NCBI GenBank assembly: GCA_951406725.2
Contig: OX597823.1
Span: forward strand, 87,544,001-87,608,000
Direction of reading: 5' to 3'
Source of the DNA: Octopus vulgaris
Lineage: Eukaryota
DNA: 64,000 bases
Below, piece by piece: positions 1-11,322 of the stretch. Numbering within the stretch: position 1 is the first letter of the stretch; each line of letters starts with the position of its first letter. The notes under the pieces are model-generated. The model was not told where the DNA came from, made no database searches, and was given only the letters and a program-made list of their open reading frames with translations. The position numbers and the translations under genes were made by a program.

Positions 1-347
1 TAAAAGACCACGTTAGAGAAATGCTTCATTTCTGCTCATTGCGAGACGATGTGTTGGTTGCTGTCTAACTCACATTTTTGGTTTTATTCAGAATTATGAG
101 AACGCTGATAAGCACTTATTTAAATCAAGTTTTCACATATGAACGCAAAAACAAAATTGAAATGCAATTTTAAACTTTTCTAATTTATGACGCAACTTTA
201 TTTTTCATTTTGATGTTGGATTTGCGTGATAGCTTCTCATTTAAGAGTATCTATAGCATCTCAGTTCCATCAGTACAAATATATCACATATTTTTATCTT
301 TAAAGGTTATTGGAAAAATATGCCTGTCTATCATTGTGGAAGTACTG

Positions 348-362
348 TTATTATAATTATTA

Positions 363-431
<69 letters not shown>

Positions 432-458
432 GTATTGTTATTATTATTATTATTATTA

Positions 459-516
<58 letters not shown>

Positions 517-622
517 CATCACTATTATTATTATTATCATTATTATCATTATTATTATTGTCATCGTCATTTACGTTCTTCTGAATAGCTGCTAACTGTT
601 TAGTTCATTTATTTATTTATTG

Positions 623-694
<72 letters not shown>

Positions 695-745
695 TTATTT
701 TATTTATTATTATTATTATTTTATTTATTATTGTTATTATTTTTA
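348..745. repeat. two (ATT)n microsatellite tracts
   Basis: Near-perfect ATT arrays at 348-570 and 623-745. Confidence 0.98.
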
Positions 746-957
746 TGTTATCGATGATTAATATCATGATATTTCTGTTCTCTAACTCAGAGCAGATGGT
801 TGTTAATCTCTGCAAAAATAATCCTGATCGTTTATACTCGTGTGTATAATTTGACATATTTTACGTTCAAACTAAATGCCTTGAATACGATCAGATATCT
901 AATTTGCTCAGAGCCTTTGTTGTAAAATTTACACTATTTAATGCTGCCCTGTCATTT

Positions 958-1250
958 ACAGGTGAATCGAGAAACTATTGAACAACTTGGTCATTAATCC
1001 TAGGCTGAGTAATATATTTTCTAAAAGAATCTCTTTACTCTACAATGCATGAGTTCAACAACCTCTTGGAGGTTGGTACGTACTCACTTTGGAGTTTATC
1101 TCGCCTGTGCTTCAAAAGGAAATGTGTTTGTTAAGTATCAAGTAACTCAGGTCATGAAACTAGCTTCCAGAATGTTTAGCAAAGATTTGAATACTCCACG
1201 AGACCCAACTAGTTTGCTCCTAACCCAACATATTCTAAATGCTTATATTT
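958..1250 (+). mobile_element. possible Tc1/mariner-type remnant
   Basis: TA-CAGGTG start; peptide SSTTSWRLVRTHFG loosely resembles the HTH segment of DD37D/DD41D transposases. Confidence 0.2.
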
Positions 1251-2045
1251 CCATCAATTCTTTATAGAATCTAGAATACTAAAATTGTTTAAGATATAAA
1301 GATATTTTACATACAGTAAATCGCGTAATTTATATAAATATCCCGTTTTATATAACGTACGAAGTTAACTTCGTATGCTCTAAATCTTCTTTACTTCACA
1401 ATAAAGCTGTAAAAACATAGAAGTGTTAATAATATTGGTTTCAAATTTTAGCACAAAGGCAACAAATTCGGGGGTGGGTGCTAGTCCATTATAGCAGCGG
1501 TAGTGCTGAGATCTTGTGCTGAAACAAAAACAATTGCGGCGTAGTTATTTGTAAGCCATTCAAGAACACACAGAAACCGTTTTTTATCACGGCACTACTA
1601 AAATACAGAGGTATCGATGCATCTGTGAAACGATATGAAGGGGGTTAGTTTTGTACGCAACACCTGTATTTAAGTAGTACCTCTGTATTTAAGTAGTCCT
1701 AGTTTCATTTCAACGTTAAAATTTCATTTGTGTTAAAATATTTCCTTCGCTTTGAAACCGCTACCTGTTCACTGACAAAACTTTACTGACAGAACTTCGC
1801 AAAAGTAATGCATCACGAAGTTTTGTCACTGAACACCAAACACAAACACACACACACGCACACATTTATTGCCTTTCATTTACATGTATGCCTCTCTATG
1901 TGTGGGCGCAAGTGTGTTAGGAAAAAATTTAATTCAGATTAATATGGTTCTTAAGTTGAGGCACCAAAATTTAGTATGGTATTATCCATAAATTTCAAAA
2001 TAAAGTGATTAAAATCAAAATAAGCAACACGGATATCCAGAAGTA

Positions 2046-2133
2046 ATGCAGTAGATCGTTTCATGCAATTCCATTTAATTGAACAATGCAATCATGACAT
2101 CAATTTAAAATGTAGAGCAATCTTCAGCTGCAC
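2046..2133 (-). ncRNA. type I hammerhead ribozyme motif
   Basis: Minus strand GUGCAG-CUGAAGA-UUGC...GCAU-GAAA-CGAUC-UA-CUGCAU; 6-bp stem I, long stem II, near-palindromic stem III. Confidence 0.75.
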
Positions 2134-2571
2134 AAACACATAGAATTTAATTAAATTAGAACACATGGACACATTAGTATTATTATACCTAAAATCTCGA
2201 AGAAGTTAAGGAGATGGATAAAGAACAGGTTGTACCTACAACACCATAGTTGTAAGAACAATTTTCAAGGAGACACTGCCTGTCACTGATCTTTTTTTTT
2301 ATGTGGTCACTTTTAATTTATAGACTAGTTTATCAAATCCCTTGTATATTTAAGGTTGAGAGAAACAGAGGGCCGCATTTTTTTGGGGTAGATTTGAGGG
2401 AGTAGACAGACATTCTAGATAGTATAGTCATAAAAATCAAGATTTGTTAGAGGCAAAAATATATAGGGTAGCGAATAATTATCAATTAACATCTTGTTTT
2501 AAGATTTCCCTTACTATACATACATATATATTTTTTTTCTCTCCTTCTTTCTGTGTTTTTTTCTCTGTGTA

Positions 2572-2609
2572 TCTTTCTGTTCAAGAGCGTAGGCTCGAAA
2601 CGTTAAAGA
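2572..2609 (+). ncRNA. minimal hammerhead-like motif with non-canonical core
   Basis: UCUUU-CUGUUCA-A-GAGC(GUAG)GCUC-GAAACGUU-AAAGA; stems I and II perfect, core differs from CUGANGA. Confidence 0.6.
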
Positions 2610-2733
2610 CTTGTTTTAATTATATTTCCTGAGCGTCATACTAATACAATTGTTTGTTTGTATTCCACCTGCCTTCGTCTTTTGTTTATTTCCGTAAACC
2701 TGCCTTCGTCTTTTGTCTATTTTCATAAAACTT

Positions 2734-2736
<3 letters not shown>

Positions 2737-2807
<71 letters not shown>
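2737..2807. repeat. (TA)n microsatellite
   Basis: Perfect TA array. Confidence 0.98.
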
Positions 2808-2809
<2 letters not shown>

Positions 2810-2810
<1 letters not shown>

Positions 2811-3563
2811 GTGGTTTAGTAAGGGAAATCTTAAAACAAGATGTTAATTGATAATTAAGGAGTTGCCCATTAGCAGACTTATAAAAATGAAACAGGGGAA
2901 TTCTTATCATGTAGTATTATAGTTAAATACTTTAAAACAATGTTGCTATGTTGTTGAAGTTTAGGGTTATTCAAAGGATTATTAAGAAGAATATTGTAAC
3001 AAAAGGATAGACATTTATGAATACTTGAGTATATATAAAACTTTTACCACAATAGAGGGAGGAAAAGAAATTATATAGAAATAGTTTAATATCTATACAT
3101 ATTGTACACTTAAATACAAGCTCATCAGATGGTATCTGTGAATATTGATTAAATGATATTTATAATTAGCATGTTCTTTTCCCTCAATACTCTTTTATTA
3201 ATACCAGTAAATACCATTTAATCAATATTCACAGATACCATCTGATGAGTTAGTATTTAAGTATACAATATGTATAAATATTAAACTATTTCTATATAAT
3301 TTCTTTTCCTCCCTCTATTGTGGTAAAAGTTTGATATATACACATACGTATTCATAAACTTCTATCCTTTTGTTACAATATTCTTCTTAAAAATCTCTTG
3401 AGTAATCCTAAGCTTCAACAATATATCAACATTGTTTTAAAGTATTTAACTATACTACTGCATGATAAGACTTCCCCTGTTTCATTTTCATTAATCTGCT
3501 AATGGGCAACTCCTTAATCATCAGTTAACATCTTGTTTTAAGATTTCCCTTAGTAAACCACCA
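2810..3563. mobile_element. foldback element with ~355-bp inverted arms carrying mirrored hammerhead motifs
   Basis: 2810-3163 is the reverse complement of 3207-3563 with scattered mismatches; ~45-bp spacer; (TA)n on both sides. Confidence 0.9.
3462..3531 (-). ncRNA. type I hammerhead motif in right arm of the foldback
   Basis: AUGUUAA-CUGAUGA-...-GAAA-C(AGGGGAA)GUC-UUAUCAU; stem I 6/7, GUC triplet, imperfect stem II; mirror copy at 2841-2910 (+) has core mutated to UUGAUAA. Confidence 0.55.
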
Positions 3564-3653
3564 CTGATATATATATAGGGTAGCGAATATTTTTAGAAAT
3601 ATCACTTCCAGTGGCCTAGCATGTATAAAAAGTCAATAGACAAAATATTCCCC

Positions 3654-4106
3654 ATATAAAATTAGTGTACATATAAACACCAAAGAGGCGGCATTTAACA
3701 GGCAGCCTTACACGTTAGAAGGAGCAGTCAAAACGACCAAATCCACATTTAAGAGCAGTTTCGAAGGGAATGAAAAATAAAAAAAATTGTCTTGTCTTTT
3801 ACAGCTATACCTAGATTTCAAACTCTAATTAGCAAATATAATAACTTGCTGGGCGGAGTTCTCATCAGTGGCTACGCCAAAATATTAACATATAATTTAG
3901 AGACAGAATAACACGTGTTTCATACTTATATATTATAATGTTTCAAATTCACCGCGCAAGCGCGTTTCAGTCGGTAACAAGTGAGTAGCTACCAAATTAA
4001 TCTTCTGAAATTGCTAAAATCTTATTCGTAAAATGCTCCTTCTAGCATGTAAGGCTGCCTGTCAAATGTCGCCGCTTTGATTTTTATATGTACACTAATT
4101 TGATAT
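3654..4106. mobile_element. element bounded by ~72-bp inverted repeats enclosing hammerhead motifs
   Basis: 3654-3726 vs 4034-4106 inverted (AAATTAGTGTACATATAAA...TAGAAGGAGCA / TGCTCCTTCTA...TTTATATGTACACTAATTT). Confidence 0.8.
3803..3873 (-). ncRNA. type I hammerhead ribozyme motif
   Basis: AGCCA-CUGAUGA-GAACUC...GAGUUU-GAAA-UCUAG-GUA-UAGCU; 6-bp stem II with AGCAA/UUGCU extension, self-complementary stem III, stem I 4/5. Confidence 0.75.
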
Positions 4107-4741
4107 ATGTATGTACACATATATATATATATATATATTTACACACGCACACACACAAACACAGACACAAGTTTTATACCACATGAAATCAAATATTTTG
4201 TTTTTGTTAGCAATATGTAACTTCTTGCGCAATCCTCTACATCGTAGATAGATTTAATGAGCTAGTTTTGTGTCAATCAGCCATTCTGTAATTTTGGAGA
4301 AAAAGAAACTGTTAGTGGTCGCTCATAACCATCCTGTTGCTACAGCGCAACTGATTCCGATGACATAAACCGAGAAAAAGAGGACCGAATATGGGGCGAA
4401 GGTGAAAATGAGAAATTAAGTCGTTCTTACAACTTGACTTTCTCTTCTTCTAATAATTCCAGATCAGAAGAGACAAAAAGCATATCGGTGTCCTTAGACA
4501 ACCGGAACAAGTGCTGCAAGGCATTCGAAGCTCGCTGCAAATTCAACTGTCAGTTATAAGGTTAAACTTCTTGACAACGTGCTCAGTGCATTGTTCTCCA
4601 GAAACATAAGCCTACTTATATTCATTGTGATTCAACATGAGATACTTAGCATTTGACGCTTCTGGGCTACCGTAATTTTTGCCGCTTCCGCACTACCAAA
4701 ATATTAACCTCTCTCTTTCTCTGTCTGTCTGACTCTCTCCC

Positions 4742-4745
<4 letters not shown>

Positions 4746-4819
<74 letters not shown>

Positions 4820-4845
4820 TATGTATATATATATATATATTGTGT

Positions 4846-4932
<87 letters not shown>

Positions 4933-4933
4933 G

Positions 4934-4971
<38 letters not shown>

Positions 4972-5148
4972 TAGATCTGTCTATCTAGCAATCTATGTTC
5001 ATGTGTATGTTTGTGAGTGTGCGTATGTGTGTGAGTATGTGTGCATTTGTGTCCGTGTGTCCGTGCATGTGTGTATATGAATGTATGGGTGTGTGGATGT
5101 ATGTGCGTTTGTGTGTGTGCGTTTGTGCGTGTGTGTGTGTGTGTATGT
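4746..5148. repeat. compound (TA)n/(TG)n microsatellite
   Basis: Direct reading. Confidence 0.97.
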
Positions 5149-6179
5149 TCGGGAGATTGCTTTATATTTGTCATATAGAAAACACCGATTCTCGAAAGAG
5201 AACCACTATGTTGTATATGACATGGCCGCGAGCAGAGTTTTAACATATATGAATTATGACAGCAATAACCCATCCTTAAAAGCATATTAGTTTGCATTTT
5301 AAAACTTTTGCAGAAAGGTCTGATAAGTATGTTTTAAACAACCTCCTTCGCAACCAAATCACTGTTCGCTGCTATAAAGTGATTGATTTGAAAGGAAAGA
5401 TTATTATACAGAGTGTGTACAAAAAACATGTAAGTACGTGCGTGGCTATAAACATCAGAGAGTAGCTATATGTACGAAAATGTGCATTTATGCGTGTGAT
5501 AATTACTTAAGCATGAGAACATGGAAAAAATTATTCTGTGCGTGTGTGAATTTGTAGTCGTGTGTACTGAGATATGTGTTTGTATAGGAGAAATTTATAT
5601 GGAAATATGTAAACGAGTATGTGGAGTATCGAAGCGTGCACGTATGCAAAATGGAGGTCTTTTGATGTATGTAGATACAGCGTTCACACCTGCGTAAGCT
5701 TGAAGGAATATTCAAATGATGGCAGCATGCAGATTTCGAATTATACGAAGGCATTTATGTATATTCATGAATATGCTTATACATTACTCATATAGACTAG
5801 CATTGTGGATTGAAATTATATTTGAAATGCGCCTCCAGATTCTGCATGTAACACTTTCTGAATATTATTTAATTTAAAATAAACGATAATACTTCAAATT
5901 TTTCGCCCGATCGATAGACTGTATAGTTACAAATATGTAAAATGGTGGAAAATCAACGACAGCGACAATCAATTAATTGAGTAATTGAGTGATACTCAGT
6001 CTGTCATTCTGTAAAGAGAACAAGCAACACAATATTAGGTAGTTAAGTGATAGTAAGTACTCCGCAAATCCAATGTATGTTGTAGCAACGCTACTACATA
6101 CATAAAAAAGTAACGTACCTGAAGAGAATCGTATATGAAACCTGACTAACACGTTATGATACATGTACTGTATCATATA

Positions 6180-6401
6180 TAGCAATCCCTCGCCATACCA
6201 CGGCTCACCTATCGCGGTTTATTATTTAAGCTTACGCCGATACCTCCGTGGTTTTGTTTTGCATTTATAATAAAATAAATATATACAAATTATTTTTAAA
6301 AATTTACAGTACAGTACTGTTTCTACTGCGTGTATTTCACCTATCGCGGTGTATGTGTGTGTGTCTGGAACGTAACAACCGCGATAGTCGAAGGATTACT
6401 G
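6180..6401 (-). mobile_element. Tigger/pogo-like MITE
   Basis: TIRs TAGCAATCCCTCG / CGAAGGATTACTG with TA flanks; homologous to 20759-20994 and 62735-62966. Confidence 0.8.
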
Positions 6402-6711
6402 TAATATATAAATCATGTAAATATATTTCAAATCTTATAAGTATATATTTTAAGGGTGTGGTTAATGGCTTTCTCAGATATCGAGGTATTTTATTGTTTA
6501 AAGTAGTTTGTGAACCATCTTTTGTACCCATGGTTCCTATCTTACTCGGGCGGATCTTTATAACCATTCCATTAAAAATATACAATAGTTTTAAATATAT
6601 TATTATATTTGCTTATAATTAAATATTTGTAGTGGTTGTATGAAAAAAAATTAATAACTGCTGGTTTAAATTCGTGTTCAGTGACCGTGCTGATGTCTTC
6701 ACGAAGAAAAC

Positions 6712-6916
6712 ATGCTGAAAAGTTCCTGGTTTGAACGTTGTCGCGAATGGCCTGGTTAGAGGACCAACCTTCAGATTTCTCTTAAAAGGCATAGAAAAAC
6801 TGAAGGACTGTTTAATAAGCGTATGAATCTAAGAGAGGAATATGTTGAAAAAAATTATAATTAACTGAGCCTCCAGCATTTTCTTTTACCCAAAGCCAGA
6901 AACTATTCGGCACTCA
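6712..6916 (+). mobile_element. mariner-derived MITE
   Basis: TIRs TGCTGAAAAGTTCCTGG / CCAGAAACTATTCGGCA; interior encodes a mariner C-terminal remnant (GIEKLKD...KRMNLR-GEYVEK-like). Confidence 0.75.
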
Positions 6917-7904
6917 CTATGTTAGTGCTAATATTTCTCCTTGTTACCTAGTATGTTAATTTGTTCATAATAGTAAACTCATTTGGAGAGACATAGTACT
7001 AATCGGAGACGAGGTTGGTGTAATTTGTTCAAAATACATTAAAGAATGAAGTGAAGCAATTTTAAGCAGTCTAAGTACTGTTTAAAAGTCGTTCAAGAAA
7101 CATAGCTTGATGTGTGGTTGTAGCGACCGTCAATGAAATTGAACTAAAAACTACGTTTATACGAAGCGAATTTCTGTACCACAGATGCATCCACGTAACC
7201 AATCATAATGCTGTAATTTATATTCGAGTTGAGTGTTTTCATAATTACTTTATGTCAACTCTACCTTTGACGTAAATACAATATATTTATGTTGTATGAA
7301 TTTGGAAAAGAAATAATAAAAAATAAAATTGTTAATGTTTGGAAAACTTGTTTCATTGGATCTTCTCAACCACTCACTCTCGCCCGCTCTCAGATACTTT
7401 AGTCAATATGCTTCATAACAGTTTCAAGTTTATCACGGAAGACTACACGACATAATTTCAAATCTTATCTTCTAAGAGCTGTCATCAGCGTTATCGGTTA
7501 AAATGTATCTGTACATTTTCAACAATATTACAACAGCTGACAATGAAAAATAGCTTAACTCTTCACTGATATAAGTTACAATCACATAACAATTGCCATA
7601 TAACATTTTTAGATTGATAAAGGCGTTTCTAATCGTTACCACTAGAATTCTAACCTTAGCAGTTATTCGTGTTTGAATAACATGCTGTATACAATCGATT
7701 CTGTGTGACATAACAGATCACTATCAATATATTTTATATATCATTGAGATAATTTGCTTCTCCTTTCACATACTGTCACACACATTTCACTCTTCAACTC
7801 ACCTAGCTTGAATACCAATATTATCTCCTAATATATACAGGAATATTGTTGTATATCCACATACGCATATGGTTTTACATAGGTACGTACATTCATTCAG
7901 ACAT

Positions 7905-8352
7905 TCATACGTACATACACACATACATATATGCACACATACATAGATACATATATACCTGTATATATATATGTATGTGTGTATGTATGTATGTATGTAT
8001 GTATGTATGTATGTATGTATGTATGCATGTATGTATGTTTGTATGTATGTGTGTATCTATGTATGTGTACGTATGTAATCACACACACATTTCTGATGTT
8101 TGTTTATATATCAAGTTAGGAATCTTGACAGTAAACTTAAGAATTAATGCATGTTTCTGTTCCCGTGTACACATAGACGAATACATATTTACTTTCGTGC
8201 ATACATAAATACATACGCTCATGTATACATACGTGATTACATAGGTATACATATATACATACACATGCGCACAAACACATACACATACACACACTGACAC
8301 ATACACAAACACACTGACACATACACAAACACTAACACACATATATATATAT
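7905..8352. repeat. compound (TATG)n/(CA)n/(TA)n microsatellites
   Basis: Direct reading. Confidence 0.9.
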
Positions 8353-8462
8353 GGAGACACAAAGGCCCAGTGATCAGGCTAGCGGACTCGCGGTTTCGAT
8401 TCCCAGACGGGGAGTTGCGAGTGGATATTAAGCAAATACAACTAAAGCTCTACGAGGCGCAC
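8353..8462 (+). mobile_element. SINE family C, 5' fragment
   Basis: GGCCCAGTG...GCGGACTCGCGGTTTCGATTCCCAGAC matches the head of 37611-37999. Confidence 0.8.
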
Positions 8463-8551
8463 GAAGAGATGACAGACTAAGTGCTTTCAGAGAATTTTGA
8501 ACACCCCATGTGACTGAAGGTGAACTAACTGAATACAATAAGTAAGAACTG

Positions 8552-8950
8552 AAAGGCGGCGAGCTGGCAGAACTGATATCACGCCGGGCGAAATGCCTAG
8601 CGGTATTCCGTCTCTCTTTACGTTCTGAGTTCAAATTCCACCGAGGTCGACTTTGCCTTTCATTCTTTCGGGGTCGATTAAATAAGTACCAGTTACGCAC
8701 TGGGGTTCGATATAATCGACTTAATCCGTTTGTCTGACCTTGTTTGTACGCGTGTGTATTTATGTATATCTGTGTGTAAAGAAATAAGTATTTCGTCTGT
8801 CTTTACGGTGAGTTCAAATTCCACCGAGGTCGACTATGCCTTTCATCCTTTTGGGGCTAATGAATTAAGTACTAGTTGCGTACTGTGGTCGACCTAATAG
8901 ACTGGTCCCCGCCTCCATAATTTCGGGCCTTGCGCCTAGATTAGAAAAGG
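8552..8950 (+). mobile_element. SINE family A, dimeric copy
   Basis: Head AAGGCGGCGAGCTGGCAGAA, B-box GAGTTCAAATTCC, core GACTTTGCCTTTCATCCTTTCGGGGTCGAT..AAGTACCAG present twice; core resembles the MetaSINE domain (from recall). Confidence 0.92.
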
Positions 8951-9145
8951 AAATCTCAATATCTGGGACAATAAACGTTTGCAAGATCTTAAGATTTAAA
9001 CGATGATGACTAAAACACGATGTTTTCCTTCACAACCTTCCTTCATACATATATAAATAATACATTCATATATCTGTTTGTATGAATATACAATATATTT
9101 GTTTGTACGCGTGTGTATATGAGAGTATTTATGTATATCTGTGTG

Positions 9146-9339
9146 AGAGGACAAACAAGGACAAAGAGATTAAGTCGATTACATCGACCCCAGTGCGTAA
9201 CTGGTAATTAATTTATCGACCCCGAAAGGATGAAAGGCAAAGTCGACCTCGGTGGAATTTGAACTCAGAATGTAACGGCAGACGAAATACTGCTAAGCAT
9301 TTCGGCCGGCGCGCTAACGTTTCTGCCAGCTCGCCGCCA
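9146..9339 (-). mobile_element. SINE family A monomer
   Basis: Reverse complement of family A head plus unit. Confidence 0.92.
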
Positions 9340-9781
9340 TGAATATACACTATATTTGTTTGTATGTGTGTGTATGTAAGAGTATTTATGTGTATTTGTG
9401 TGTGTAGTATTTTATAGAAATTATATTCAATATCGTGTGTAAAACACTGAAGATCCATCTAGGAATGAAAAATAAAAAATAAAAACTTTCGTGTACGTAA
9501 TCAGGAACTGCTGGCGACATGAATGTTTCTGAAACAAGTCTTAAAAAAAGTTTTTTACGTTGTATTATATCTCTTCTTATGCGGAAAAAGAAGTGAACAA
9601 TATGAATTTTATGAATATTTATGCTGAAAATCAGGAGATTTGTATCTATAGAAGTAAATAAATTGAGGAATGATTGGTTGTCTAAAGGATGGAATCGATC
9701 TCAAACCTGTTTCGGCAAACAGCATCACAAATAATGTTAGAAAATAATATTTTTGCGGATATCCAGCCTGCTTAAGAGACA

Positions 9782-10117
9782 CAGTGGTTCCCATAAGCTG
9801 AATTACGGCGCACTTGTGTACCGAAAAAATATAGACAAGTACACAACTTAAATAATTGAATTATTTGTACAAATGTGAAAAATAGCAACCTAAATTCGAC
9901 TTATTAGATTGCTATCGATTATGGAATAAGGAAATATGTACTTAATAATTTATATAGTTGAAGTTGTCTATATTTATAAGTTAACATATATAAATGACCT
10001 TTTTCGATATATTTGCTGTTGTAGTGCCAAAGAATATTTTATTTGCACCCAAATGGGGCGAGTGAAAAAGAAAAAAAAAGAAACAAAGAAAGGAGAAAAA
10101 TAATTTGGGAAACCCTG
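9782..10117. mobile_element. hAT/Charlie-like MITE
   Basis: CAGTGGTTCCCA... / ...TTTGGGAAACCCTG termini; 8-bp TSD matches only 5/8. Confidence 0.45.
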
Positions 10118-10289
10118 GATAGAAAAATATGTTATTCGCTTGCTGGAGAATGTCATTTAGTAGAATGGACAAACGCCAAAGACCTCCTCAGCATCTGGTA
10201 TATATACGTAGAGAAACATTTCGACGGTTGGTGAACATGATTAAGTATGAATTTTTATTCTAATGTTTACACTCAGGCACACATATGTG

Positions 10290-10358
<69 letters not shown>

Positions 10359-10395
10359 ATGTATGCATATATGTGTGAGCATCATCAAATGACTA

Positions 10396-10437
<42 letters not shown>

Positions 10438-10599
10438 GTGTGTATATATATATGCGCTAGTGTTAGTGTTTCAATGCCGCAATAAAAACACTTTGCACTA
10501 GAGGAAGCGGCAATCTCAGAGTTAGGTGCAGTGCGTGAACCGTGGATTGATATGAGTAACGATGCGTTGTTTCGCGTGCATATAACCAAGATGGTGTCA

Positions 10600-11040
10600 A
10601 TATACAAGCGAATGACCGGATCGATTCTGAGAACTTTCAGAACAAGGAACTAGCACTGGTTCTTTGGAGAACATTCGTACTCAGCCGTCTAGACTACTGC
10701 TCTCAACTGAGGACGTTCAGCGGTACAGCACAAGGAAGATCTCATCAATGGAACAGTTGAGCAACTGGGAGAGTGAATACCATTTGCTGTAGTAGTTTGA
10801 GATTCAAAGGCCCACAGCTACGCCTTGCCAAAAGATCTGAAGGATCCTCAAGGCGAAAGGGTAGTTCATAGATGAGATGAACCTATATCACGTCAAGAAA
10901 CTCAAAGTTTGACACTGGTACCCACCTTCTCCAAAATCTAATCGCATTAGAATGGCTATTGAAATGGTAATTACACAGACGGTGTTCCAGCGTGGCCGCG
11001 GCTTTTTAGATGCAACTTATATAGGAACAAAAGAATGAAT
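10600..11040 (+). mobile_element. CR1-clade LINE 3' fragment (internally deleted)
   Basis: Peptides RMTGSILRTFRTR, LVLWRTFVLSRLDYCSQL, EDVQRYSTRKISSMEQLSNWE, SLRFKGPQL, LPKDLKD; 3' tail GGTGTTCCAGCGTGGCCGC. Confidence 0.8.
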
Positions 11041-11322
11041 ATACATATATATACACGTGTGTGTGTGTGTGTGTGTATGCGTGTGTGTGTGAACTTTAGG
11101 CTATTTAAGATATGTTTGAGTCATCTTTCAACTTCTAAAGTTATGTTCACTGAAGTTACAGTGGAGATCATTTTTTCTCTTATGTTGTACCGAAAGAGAG
11201 AATATTTCTGAACGGTGACTGCAGTGAGTTTACGTTTAAAAATTGAAATATCTTAACTAACCTAAAGTTCGCTTATGCCTAAACATTGTTTGGCGCCGAT
11301 ATTACTGTAATATATATACATA

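Noticed and set aside
6111-6157. CUGAAGA...GAAAC with a distal TAACGT/ACGTTA pair
   Set aside because: No stem II and mismatches at the stem I base
7445-7495. Minus-strand CUGAUGA...GAAA..GUC
   Set aside because: Stem I out of register; could be chance
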